This document shows, one piece after another, positions 10,096 to 19,570 of a stretch of DNA of 64,000 nucleotides. Made by a program: the position numbers and the translations under genes. The stretch is from a virus, in IMG/VR virus record IMGVR_UViG_3300013126_000019, positions 16,689-80,688 of that record. One strand, 5' to 3'. The first letter of the stretch is position 1. Each line of letters begins with the position of its first letter. Under the pieces are notes generated by a model. It did no database searches, was not told the DNA's origin, and was given only the letters and a program-made list of their open reading frames with translations.

Positions 10096-13000
10096 TATTT
10101 ACTTTTCTTATAATATTGATTCCATGTGCGGAAATCATTAATTAGTTGTTGGTTCCTAACTTCTAATAACTGTTCAGTTGTTTTTTTCCAAATTCCAAGA
10201 TTGTCATTTTCTCCTAATACTGTATTTATAATTCCATTAGGATCTTGTATAACACTTCCTGTGTTAGGATCAATCATGTTTATCTGACCTGCTGCAATAT
10301 ACGATTGTGTAGGTTGATCAAATCTTATAGTTGCATTACCTGAAAATCTTTGACGACCAACATCATTATAGTTAATATTAATAGGTCCTACATTTCTAAC
10401 GTAATCTTTATAAACGTCACCTTTTTTAAGCTGTGTCATAAACTCGTTATTAAAACTTCCAGAAGGTACCATTAAGGTATATTCTCTTGCATCAGATAAA
10501 CTAGATGAAGATACTTCTGAAGCTTGTTCTTCTTGAGTTAATTCTTTAGACGCACTTTCTTTAAGACCTTTAATATATCCACCATCAACTCTAAAAGTAA
10601 GTGCATCAAAACCTGAGCCTGCAACATTAAATCTTACATCCATTAAAGCACGAGGTCTTGTAGCTTGATTACTTTTCCAAGAACCGGCGTTACTCATATC
10701 TGTGCGTAATTGCTGTAATACTTGATAGGCTTCATCATTAAAGTCTTTTCCTAACACATCATTAATATCAAAATCATCACCACCACTAAGCTTACCAGAA
10801 AATAATGTAAATGACCCATCATTTTTTTTATGAGTTTGCATATAGTTTTCTAAATCTGTAAAGACTTGTCTATAATCAGAGTTCCCTGGATTTTTAGCAT
10901 AAGCACCATCAATATCTGACCTATATACTTTTCCCACCAAGCCTCCTCCTGCATTACTGCCGTATAAAGTACTCGTAAGAGTTTTTAATTTTTCTATATT
11001 ATTAGGATCTTCTCCTCTTGCCAATGCTGCAGCTTGATCAACAGCACCACCAATTGTGTTCCATGTTTTATTATATGTCTTTGATATTACGTCAAATCTA
11101 TTATTAAGAGTTTCTTCAAGATTTTTTGTTTTATAACCTCTTTCCGCATCATTTGCACTAACACGCTCACCATTCCATTTATATAATATAGGTGCTCCAC
11201 CACTAGTAGTCATACTACCAAAAGGTCCATTATCTGACATAGATGAATAGCTTGCCATACCCGGTCCTTGAAAGTAAGCTTTCATTTTTTTAGTATAGTA
11301 CTCTTTTCCATACTCTTGAGCATCATCCCATAAATCACCACTTTCTTTTTTAGGATTCTCTTTTTTTAATGTGTTGTATCTTTCATTAATAGCTTGGTTA
11401 GTTTCAACTAAAATATTTTTTTCTATTGTAGGATCAACATCAGAATACTTTACATGAAATTGGTCACCTCTTTTTTCAACATCAATTCTTGCAGGTAATA
11501 CTGATGTAATAGGACCTACCGCTTGTAATGTTCTTTTTGATACAAGCTCATTGTTATACGCCTGGTTTTCACGGGCTACTCTTAATAAAGCTAAATTCAG
11601 TTCTGATTGATCTAAACTTGAATATATCTGATTCATATTAAGTTTAGACTTTAATATTGAAAGTACTGCAGAATCACCAAGTGCAGATTTTAAATTAGCC
11701 ACATTCTTTTCCAAAAAAGATGGTTGATAATCACCTTTATCATTTTTAGATGGGTCAGAAAAAGATACTCCAGAAAGATCAACTTGATTTTTATATAAAT
11801 TAAACCAATTAGCGTATTCTTGATTGCTTGCTTTAAGTGCGGCTTGTCCCTGTCCAGGTTTTAAATAAGCACTAAATGCTTTAAGAATTGCTTCTCTTGC
11901 AACAAGAGCTTCATCTGGATTAGATCCTACAGCAGTTTCATAAAGTTTATCAAGTGTTGTAGCAAAACTTTGTAATATAGGTGCAGTAATATTTTCGTAT
12001 GCAGCTACCTCACCTTCTACAATACTTTTAATAGAATTTCCTGTTAACTGTTCACCATCTGTACCAGAACCTCCTGGTGTAACAGTAAGCTCATCACCTA
12101 ATAACCAACCATCTTGAGAATATGGATTCCTTTGATCAATACCGTTATTACCTTTTCCACTGCCACTGCCGCTACCTTTTCCCTGACTGTCACCATAGTA
12201 ATCTTTAAGGTACATCTCATATTCCATTTCAGAAACATTAAGCTGAGATTGTAATTGCATTTTAGCCTGATCAATTTGAGCTTGAAGCAACATGTTAGAT
12301 CTGTCTAATGCATTGTCAAATGCAGCCTTAGCATATGGATCAGCATCAATTTTTATTTCTTTATTTAACTCAGCATAGTTCATAGCTGTGTTATAAAGCT
12401 TTTCAGATAATAAATCACGTGCTACAGCTACATCTGCACGATTTCTTAATGAACCAAAATCACTAGCTTTTAAAACTTCAGGATTAGTTATTTGTAATGT
12501 TTCATTATGAAACTGTGCTGCACCTTCTTCTACTTGTGCTTGCTCTTCATTATTTCCTAAAATATTATTAAGAGTTTTATCAGGATCATAAATGTCACCA
12601 TTAGCAATTGCATTACTAATAACTTTAGTTTTAGCTTTTGCTACTTTAGCATTTGTTGTGGCTTGCTCTTGAAATCTTTGAGCTTGAACATTAACCTGAT
12701 TTAAAATGTTGTTAAGGTACTGGGTTTCAGCATTTTGCTCTCCACCCATTGCTTGAGCATTTTGAGAAACAAAATCCTTTCTTTTTAAATAAGCTTCTGT
12801 TTGAGCTACTTTAATAACTCTAGGATCATTACCATACATATTAAGAAGGTAATTATAAAGAGGAGCCATTGTCATAGGTCCTCCCTTACCTTGAATAATA
12901 TACTTACCATCGGGCGTCCATGTAGGATTAATTCCCATTGGAAAGTCCATTTTATCCAACTGATCAGAAGCAAGCTTTGTAATATTTAGATAGGGTGTGT

Positions 13001-13508
13001 ACTCAGGCTTAGGCATTTTGTACATGTCCTCAGCACTAGATTTTGCAAAGTCTTGGGCCCAATAGTTTAAAGCTCTATCACCACCTTCCCACCACATACC
13101 ATTCTCAAGAACTTTAGGGTCCATTGTATTCTTAAGTTTTTGACCTCTTTGCATTTCTCTTTGCCATATACGAGTCATACCCATATCAAAATTGATATCT
13201 TTATCCTCAATAAGCGGTTGAAAAATTTTAGCAGCAGCATTAACATTTTGCTCTAAAGACAAATCCATTGTAGAGATCTTTTGGATCTTTTGCTCAATGT
13301 CTCTAAAGAATTGGTCTCTACGCTCAGAGCTTTCTTGTCTAAGTACTGGTGAATTAAGTAAGCCCGAGTATATACTGTTAATACGGTTATATCCCTGGTC
13401 GTATTGGTATTGCTTGGTAGCAAGCATATTACCAAAGAAATTAAGGTCCGGCTGATATGGCTGGATCTCAGGAACAAATTGGGATATACCTTGTAAAAAA
13501 GCTGTCAT
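10095..13508 (-). CDS. virion cargo/ejection protein (1137 aa)
   Basis: Long helical Q/N-rich ORF with a G/S linker; TAATG-coupled to the next giant gene. Confidence 0.7.
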   Translation of the reverse strand: MTAFLQGISQFVPEIQPYQPDLNFFGNMLATKQYQYDQGYNRINSIYSGLLNSPVLRQESSERRDQFFRDIEQKIQKISTMDLSLEQNVNAAAKIFQPLIEDKDINFDMGMTRIWQREMQRGQKLKNTMDPKVLENGMWWEGGDRALNYWAQDFAKSSAEDMYKMPKPEYTPYLNITKLASDQLDKMDFPMGINPTWTPDGKYIIQGKGGPMTMAPLYNYLLNMYGNDPRVIKVAQTEAYLKRKDFVSQNAQAMGGEQNAETQYLNNILNQVNVQAQRFQEQATTNAKVAKAKTKVISNAIANGDIYDPDKTLNNILGNNEEQAQVEEGAAQFHNETLQITNPEVLKASDFGSLRNRADVAVARDLLSEKLYNTAMNYAELNKEIKIDADPYAKAAFDNALDRSNMLLQAQIDQAKMQLQSQLNVSEMEYEMYLKDYYGDSQGKGSGSGSGKGNNGIDQRNPYSQDGWLLGDELTVTPGGSGTDGEQLTGNSIKSIVEGEVAAYENITAPILQSFATTLDKLYETAVGSNPDEALVAREAILKAFSAYLKPGQGQAALKASNQEYANWFNLYKNQVDLSGVSFSDPSKNDKGDYQPSFLEKNVANLKSALGDSAVLSILKSKLNMNQIYSSLDQSELNLALLRVARENQAYNNELVSKRTLQAVGPITSVLPARIDVEKRGDQFHVKYSDVDPTIEKNILVETNQAINERYNTLKKENPKKESGDLWDDAQEYGKEYYTKKMKAYFQGPGMASYSSMSDNGPFGSMTTSGGAPILYKWNGERVSANDAERGYKTKNLEETLNNRFDVISKTYNKTWNTIGGAVDQAAALARGEDPNNIEKLKTLTSTLYGSNAGGGLVGKVYRSDIDGAYAKNPGNSDYRQVFTDLENYMQTHKKNDGSFTLFSGKLSGGDDFDINDVLGKDFNDEAYQVLQQLRTDMSNAGSWKSNQATRPRALMDVRFNVAGSGFDALTFRVDGGYIKGLKESASKELTQEEQASEVSSSSLSDAREYTLMVPSGSFNNEFMTQLKKGDVYKDYVRNVGPININYNDVGRQRFSGNATIRFDQPTQSYIAAGQINMIDPNTGSVIQDPNGIINTVLGENDNLGIWKKTTEQLLEVRNQQLINDFRTWNQYYKKSK

Positions 13509-13561
13509 AATTATGCTATAAAATTATTACAAATCATTTAGATTTACTAAACTTCAAAAAT

Positions 13562-16420
13562 TTAAATACCGTATCCTGAGCCATTTTGCTCAGCACCCTG
13601 AGCATAAGGGTTCATACCGGCTGTATATGCTGACAAAGATCCCATCATTGGAGATGTATAAGCATTCATAATTGATCCTGCCATTGTTTTCTTTCTCCTT
13701 TCTCCTGCATCACCATATTTACTCATATTATACTGAGCAATAACAAGATCTTTTAAATCTTCAGGATCCATATCTGCATATTCAGGATTATTCTTAGCAG
13801 CTTTATAAGCATTAAGAATAGTGCTTGACTCATTAGAATCCAATTGACCATTTGGTGACTTACCACTAGTTTGAACAATGAGTCCTCCAGAACTAGGATC
13901 TATCATAAACTGATCACCATAGATATAATTAACAGCGTCTGTCTTGGCCATATTATCTATAGTAGCAATTGTATTATGTAATATGTTCAGATTTTTAAGC
14001 TGCTTATTTTTATCAGAAATAGCTTTAGATCCTACTACATTAGTATAGTATTCAGCATCTGCTGCAGATTGCGCTTGTGCACCCTGCATACGAGCTTGGG
14101 CATTAAACTGATTAGATTTATCTTCTGACTGTGCATTATACTCTTCAACTTGTGCAGCAGCTTGTGCAGCTTTATCAGCAACATCACCAAATAATAATGA
14201 CTGTCTTGAGCTTGCTTGTTGAGTTCCCATATAAGGACTCATACCTTCTGTCATACCGCGAGCTATAGATGCCGCTTGTTGTGATCTATAGATAGGTGAG
14301 ATAAACTGAGGATCAACTTGAGCAACATATGGTACTTGGGTTCTTACTGGCATGTAACGATTTACATCCTGTAACAACGCTGCACCGGTACCTAAAAGGT
14401 TTTGAAGCCAAGGTTGTGCTGGTGGTCTTTGACCAGGTGTACCAAAATCTCCTGCAGGAATTTTCTCAGCTTCTTTAATTTGCTTAGCCTCTTCATCAAA
14501 TAATTCTGTATCAGGATTAATTTTTGCATATTGCCCAGCGGTGGTATTTGTATAAATCCAGTCTGCATTACTTACCTGACCTTGCGGCTCATCTGCTTTA
14601 CCAAATTGACCTATATCAAATGGATTAAGCTTTGTCTTTGTTTCGGTATCGGTAATACTACCTTTATTTTTAATAAGGTCTCTATAACCTAAGTAGGCAA
14701 TCTGCTCTAGAGGTACTTGATCTTTATCAATAGATAAACCATACTGATCACTAAATTCTTTTAACTTTTGATTTGTGTAGCCTAATGAATTATCTGTATT
14801 GTCTGTAGCAGATACATCAATTTTATGTGCAGCAAATGCAAGATTGCGCTTATTATGCTTTAAGAAGGCATTTACAATTTCATCATCTTTAATAGTACCG
14901 TTTGCAACTTTTTGTCTATAATCAGCGCTGACCTTTTTTCCCCAGTTTTTATCATTTTTAGCAGCTTCTCTTACAGCTTTAACATACTCAGCTTTAACTT
15001 TAGGATCTTTAAAGGACTCTTCAATTTTCTGGTACATAGCTGCAAGGTCTTTGTTACCATTAAAGATTGTTTTAAGATCCTGCTCACTACCTTTATATTC
15101 ACCATAGCCTTTAGTTCGGCTACCGGTTTTATAATACTTGTCTTCAATTTTTACATAGACATTAGCTTTGTTACCAGCTTTATCATACTCTTCTTGTTTA
15201 CGCTTAGCCCAAGCCTCATCTGACTCACCTTTTTTACGCTCAATAACTGTAGCATCTTTTGGTACATCGTATTTAGGTTGTGCAGTTTGTGTAGCGTCTG
15301 GCTGACTTTGTTGTACAGAGCCTGGAGCTGATGCAGGAAATTGCATATCACTAACTGCTAAATCCGGTTCAGTGCTTTCATACTGGTTACCATTTGCATC
15401 TACATAAATATATACGCCTTTTCTTTTATTGTAGTTTCTTTGAATAATATTATCAAAGTCAAACTCAGATGGACCTTGTTGTGCCTTATACACAAAACGT
15501 CCTAGACCTGCTTCACCGCCATCTCTAAATACTTGATAGCCAATCATAGCTTCAGGCATTTCCTCTGGTACTCTACCAGGATAATACGGATTAGGGAAAC
15601 TTGAACCTCCCATTCTTTGCATATACTGACCCATGTCTTGTGCGTATTGCTGATCCATTTCATCTGCAGATTGCTGAGCACTTTCTTGTTCTTGAGCTGC
15701 TCTTGCTTGATCCATTTGTTGGGCAGAATTAAGAAAGTTTTGATAAAAAGGCATTTGGTCAATTGGTATCTTAGGGATATCAAAATCTTCAGCCTCCATA
15801 TTCATTGCTATAACAAAAGGCATTGCCATCTTAGGTGCAGACTCACCTTTCTTAGATTCCTGTGCAATAGCTAAAGCACCAAGTTTTTTAGTCTTGTTTT
15901 TAATATTAGCCAATAAGGTATCAACAGTCATTTTATCATTAACTTCAGTAGGATCTAATAGTTTTGCTATATCCGTATTAAGATCATACTTTTTAGAAAT
16001 GTCGGCAAATGTATAACCACCTTTCTTTTCAGGAAGCCCGAAGTAATCTAAGATACCCTTATCTGTAATTTTAGTTTTTGAATTACCACCAAGTTTAAAA
16101 TCTTTACCATGAAAGTCACTAAATATAAAAGCACCAACCGGTAAATTTAAAGGTGTACCCCCTTGTGGATGACGGTTACCACCAATACCATATTTGGTAA
16201 GCATCCCACCAGGACCAGGCATCATTACTTCTTCACCTTTCTCAGCTTCAACATTAGCTGAATCTCTATCTACAGGTCCTAAGTTTTTTACATAGTCTAG
16301 TTCAGGATCAGAAAGATCTTTACTTGTAAAAGACGGTGCCATTTGATAATAGTTCAAATAGTTACCACCATGTCTTGCCTGTGGAAGATTAGGCATTTTT
16401 TTAATCTTTACTTGATACAT
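13562..16420 (-). CDS. internal virion cargo protein (952 aa)
   Basis: N-terminal NVEAEKGE...HPQGG...FIFSD block of the kind I recall from crAss-like cargo proteins; repeated xxGG motifs. Confidence 0.65.
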   Translation of the reverse strand: MYQVKIKKMPNLPQARHGGNYLNYYQMAPSFTSKDLSDPELDYVKNLGPVDRDSANVEAEKGEEVMMPGPGGMLTKYGIGGNRHPQGGTPLNLPVGAFIFSDFHGKDFKLGGNSKTKITDKGILDYFGLPEKKGGYTFADISKKYDLNTDIAKLLDPTEVNDKMTVDTLLANIKNKTKKLGALAIAQESKKGESAPKMAMPFVIAMNMEAEDFDIPKIPIDQMPFYQNFLNSAQQMDQARAAQEQESAQQSADEMDQQYAQDMGQYMQRMGGSSFPNPYYPGRVPEEMPEAMIGYQVFRDGGEAGLGRFVYKAQQGPSEFDFDNIIQRNYNKRKGVYIYVDANGNQYESTEPDLAVSDMQFPASAPGSVQQSQPDATQTAQPKYDVPKDATVIERKKGESDEAWAKRKQEEYDKAGNKANVYVKIEDKYYKTGSRTKGYGEYKGSEQDLKTIFNGNKDLAAMYQKIEESFKDPKVKAEYVKAVREAAKNDKNWGKKVSADYRQKVANGTIKDDEIVNAFLKHNKRNLAFAAHKIDVSATDNTDNSLGYTNQKLKEFSDQYGLSIDKDQVPLEQIAYLGYRDLIKNKGSITDTETKTKLNPFDIGQFGKADEPQGQVSNADWIYTNTTAGQYAKINPDTELFDEEAKQIKEAEKIPAGDFGTPGQRPPAQPWLQNLLGTGAALLQDVNRYMPVRTQVPYVAQVDPQFISPIYRSQQAASIARGMTEGMSPYMGTQQASSRQSLLFGDVADKAAQAAAQVEEYNAQSEDKSNQFNAQARMQGAQAQSAADAEYYTNVVGSKAISDKNKQLKNLNILHNTIATIDNMAKTDAVNYIYGDQFMIDPSSGGLIVQTSGKSPNGQLDSNESSTILNAYKAAKNNPEYADMDPEDLKDLVIAQYNMSKYGDAGERRKKTMAGSIMNAYTSPMMGSLSAYTAGMNPYAQGAEQNGSGYGI

Positions 16421-16423
16421 GTC

Positions 16424-19400
16424 TTATTGATTATAAGGATTGTCAAAGTTATAATTATTATCTACATATTCAACCTCTCCTCCATTTTCAATGATTTGTT
16501 TAATCATTTCTGGAGTTAAGGTATACACACCACCCTGCTGCATAGTCATAAATAATTCAGCACCTTTTTGTGCATACTGAGGAATTAAGGGTTGACCATA
16601 CTGAACATTTGCACCAGCAAAAGGAGCTCCTGCAAAGGCATCTGTTGTTCTATCAAAACCTCTTAGTCTTGGACTAAACTGTGTATCTGGTGATGTAAGT
16701 GCTAAGTTATTCTCTAAGAATCTGCTAGCTTTAAATTGTTTATATGCATTATTTCTTTCATCGCTAGAAAACACACCATCTGCTAAATATTTACCGGTTG
16801 CATTAGCAATGTTTAAATATCCTGCTGGAGAAATAGAACTTCTAATTTTACCTTTACCTGACGCTGTTGCTTCTTGCTGAGGTTCTTTACCGGTGTATTT
16901 TGGAACATACTGATCCAGTTGTTTTCCAAATGCATCAGCTGTTAATGGAGCATTACCGTTATCAAAGAAAGTTTGCATCCTATTAGCATCAGGAAACACA
17001 TTAACATCAGGTAATCCTAAGCCTTGCGTTTTCTTATTAGGATTCATATTAATAGGGTTTATTTTCCTATTAAGAGGATTTTGTGTATTCCAGTTAATGC
17101 CTGGATAAGTTTTATTAGGATCTGCACTTGGTAGTGCATATACGCCTACACCAAAATTAGGATCATAGATATCCTTTAATACACCATATCCAGGATACTC
17201 ACCATCTACTTGAAACATTGGTAGCATTGTACCACCATCTTGTTTACGATACTGTTGTATACGCGGTTCCCAAGTATAGCCATAAGCATCTGCTTTTTCT
17301 AAACTATCTAGGTAAGCATCTTTTTCAGCTTGCGACATTGCATTAAACTTTGTTTGATCAAAACCTTTTTTATTAGTTCTACCATAAGCTTTAAGACGCT
17401 CATCTAAATACTTATTAATAAAAGCTTTATTATCTTTACCGTAAGCTTCTGAAAATGCTTTTTGTGTATTAGGATCATTAAACAATGCTGTTAACTGATC
17501 AGCATTATAATTATACCTATCAGCATCGTTAATAATACCTTGAGATAGCATTAAGGTTAATCTTGGATCTATACTTTGATTAAATAGCTGGTCCATTACA
17601 GCAGGTCGAATATCTGCAGGTAAAGCATTAACATCAAATCCTTTAATTTTTGCTCTATTCTGATCTCTACCGGAATAATCAATATTTTTCCAATTGTAAA
17701 ATTGCTCTGGGTGTTGAGTTAAGGGTGTATACTCTAATAACCCTGAACCTAATGGACTACCCTTTGTAATTTCATATTGAGCTATCTGATTAATAAATGG
17801 TAAATTTTCTTTTTCTACAGTATTCCAGTCATAATTAGTATTATAAAAAGGCTGGCTTGCTGATGCCGTATTTACAGGAGGTGGTGCAGTGTTTGTACTT
17901 TGTGTTACTGTAGGATTTGCGCCTGTTGCTGGTGCTGTTACTGGAGTACTTGTTTGTACACCAGTACCCATTAAGTCATAAGGGTTTCTAGGTCTTGTAC
18001 CTATCATACCTGCACTTGCAATTTTTTTAGTATTTGCTTCTTCTTCAGCAATTTGATTATCATATGATGCTCTTGCAGCTTCTGTTTCTTCTCTTACTCT
18101 TTGTTTATCTAAATTCTCAAAATAATCTTTACCAAGACGTCTTAAGTTTTTACGGTTAGGATCTATACCTGCAGACTCAAGAACATCTCTTCTATCTCTC
18201 CTAGAGCGGTTCTCCCAGATATAAGGATTCATCTCATCAGTTTGGAATAAACCTCCGCCGGGCATATCTGCATTTTGAGCTCTGATTGCTCTATTTCTAT
18301 TTGCTTCCATACGGTCAGCATCAAAAATACTTTGACCTTCTGGTAATATAGTTTGATTTATATTATAGTTCCTCGTGTCAAACATTTTACCTATACCAAT
18401 TTTGTCAAGGAATCTACCGGCTGCTGTAGGGTCAGCTTCAAACTCAGTTAAGAATCTATCATATTGACCTTTACTTGTTGCATCCTTATACATCTCCTTA
18501 TAGTTTTGAGAATATTCCATATCAGGAATAGTCATATATCTATAAGGACTTAATCCCATATAAGCGCCAGGACTTGGTCTATCAATTCCAAGATTTGTAT
18601 ATGTTTGTGGGGCAGCGGTCCCAGTAAGTAATTCTGGAGCAAAACCTGGACCAGACACACTTACGTTAGGTAGATTTAAGCCATCTCGGCTTGGGTAATT
18701 ATTTAGGTAAGAGAAATCGGCAGATGGACCAAAAGATGGTGTAGGATTATCGTTATATGCTTTAGCAACAGATTGATAATAAGTATTGTACGCATCTTCC
18801 GTAGCTTGTTGTAATTGCTCTTTAGTCAACAAATTTCCTTGTGCATCATAAACAGGTTGATCTGAATTATAATTACCCAAGGTATTTTGAAGATTAGTTT
18901 CTGCTTCCACAACTTCTCTAGGTTTGTATGCTGATGATGAAGTAGTGTTTGCTGTAGTTCCAAAAGTACTACCTGTAGTACCCATCATCTGAGCTTTAGG
19001 TAAACTGTTAGCAGAACCACCTTTCTTTTGTGTTTGGGGTGTTTGTTGCGTTTGAGTATTATTACCCACACCATATCTGCTAGCATAAACTTGTTTGTTA
19101 TATGCGCTAATAGCAGGATTTAATATTGTGTTAGCCGTTGTATTAAAAAGACCTTTAAGTGAATTTAAACCTACACCCTCGTATTTGTCTGACTCCTTTT
19201 TAAAAACTTCACTATTAGCTGGTGTTAGATCCATTTGTGATGGATACATAAAAGGCCCGGGTAAACTTTCCATACGCGCACCTAACTCCATACCATAGGC
19301 GGCTTTAGGTACACCGCCCATTAGTTGTTGAGCATGCAGTTGTTGTAAATCTTCAAATGGTGGAAGTTGTAAAGCTCTACCCAACATATCCTGAGCAGCT

Positions 19401-19546
19401 AATATTGTATGTTCTTGTAAAGCTTCATCTAATGCTTTTCTCTGAACATCCTCCTTATTTGTTTTTACAGATCTAACAAAAGCATCTAAGCGCTGCTTGT
19501 GAAAACCCATAGGCTTTTTTATAAACTGTTGATCCATCATGGCCAT
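16424..19546 (-). CDS. internal virion cargo protein with possible GH108-like peptidoglycan hydrolase domain (1040 aa)
   Basis: Low-complexity N-terminal half; the segment LPADIRPAVMDQLFN...ERLKAY...YGYTWEPRI follows the GH108/PG-binding pattern. Confidence 0.6.
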   Translation of the reverse strand: MAMMDQQFIKKPMGFHKQRLDAFVRSVKTNKEDVQRKALDEALQEHTILAAQDMLGRALQLPPFEDLQQLHAQQLMGGVPKAAYGMELGARMESLPGPFMYPSQMDLTPANSEVFKKESDKYEGVGLNSLKGLFNTTANTILNPAISAYNKQVYASRYGVGNNTQTQQTPQTQKKGGSANSLPKAQMMGTTGSTFGTTANTTSSSAYKPREVVEAETNLQNTLGNYNSDQPVYDAQGNLLTKEQLQQATEDAYNTYYQSVAKAYNDNPTPSFGPSADFSYLNNYPSRDGLNLPNVSVSGPGFAPELLTGTAAPQTYTNLGIDRPSPGAYMGLSPYRYMTIPDMEYSQNYKEMYKDATSKGQYDRFLTEFEADPTAAGRFLDKIGIGKMFDTRNYNINQTILPEGQSIFDADRMEANRNRAIRAQNADMPGGGLFQTDEMNPYIWENRSRRDRRDVLESAGIDPNRKNLRRLGKDYFENLDKQRVREETEAARASYDNQIAEEEANTKKIASAGMIGTRPRNPYDLMGTGVQTSTPVTAPATGANPTVTQSTNTAPPPVNTASASQPFYNTNYDWNTVEKENLPFINQIAQYEITKGSPLGSGLLEYTPLTQHPEQFYNWKNIDYSGRDQNRAKIKGFDVNALPADIRPAVMDQLFNQSIDPRLTLMLSQGIINDADRYNYNADQLTALFNDPNTQKAFSEAYGKDNKAFINKYLDERLKAYGRTNKKGFDQTKFNAMSQAEKDAYLDSLEKADAYGYTWEPRIQQYRKQDGGTMLPMFQVDGEYPGYGVLKDIYDPNFGVGVYALPSADPNKTYPGINWNTQNPLNRKINPINMNPNKKTQGLGLPDVNVFPDANRMQTFFDNGNAPLTADAFGKQLDQYVPKYTGKEPQQEATASGKGKIRSSISPAGYLNIANATGKYLADGVFSSDERNNAYKQFKASRFLENNLALTSPDTQFSPRLRGFDRTTDAFAGAPFAGANVQYGQPLIPQYAQKGAELFMTMQQGGVYTLTPEMIKQIIENGGEVEYVDNNYNFDNPYNQ

Positions 19547-19570
19547 TATATATTCTTAAGATACTCAAAA

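Noticed and set aside
10760-10785. DDFDIND in the 1137-aa protein as an RNA polymerase DxDxD motif
   Set aside because: The spacing is DFDIND, not DFDID, and no other RNAP context is visible. The polymerase core probably lies outside the window.
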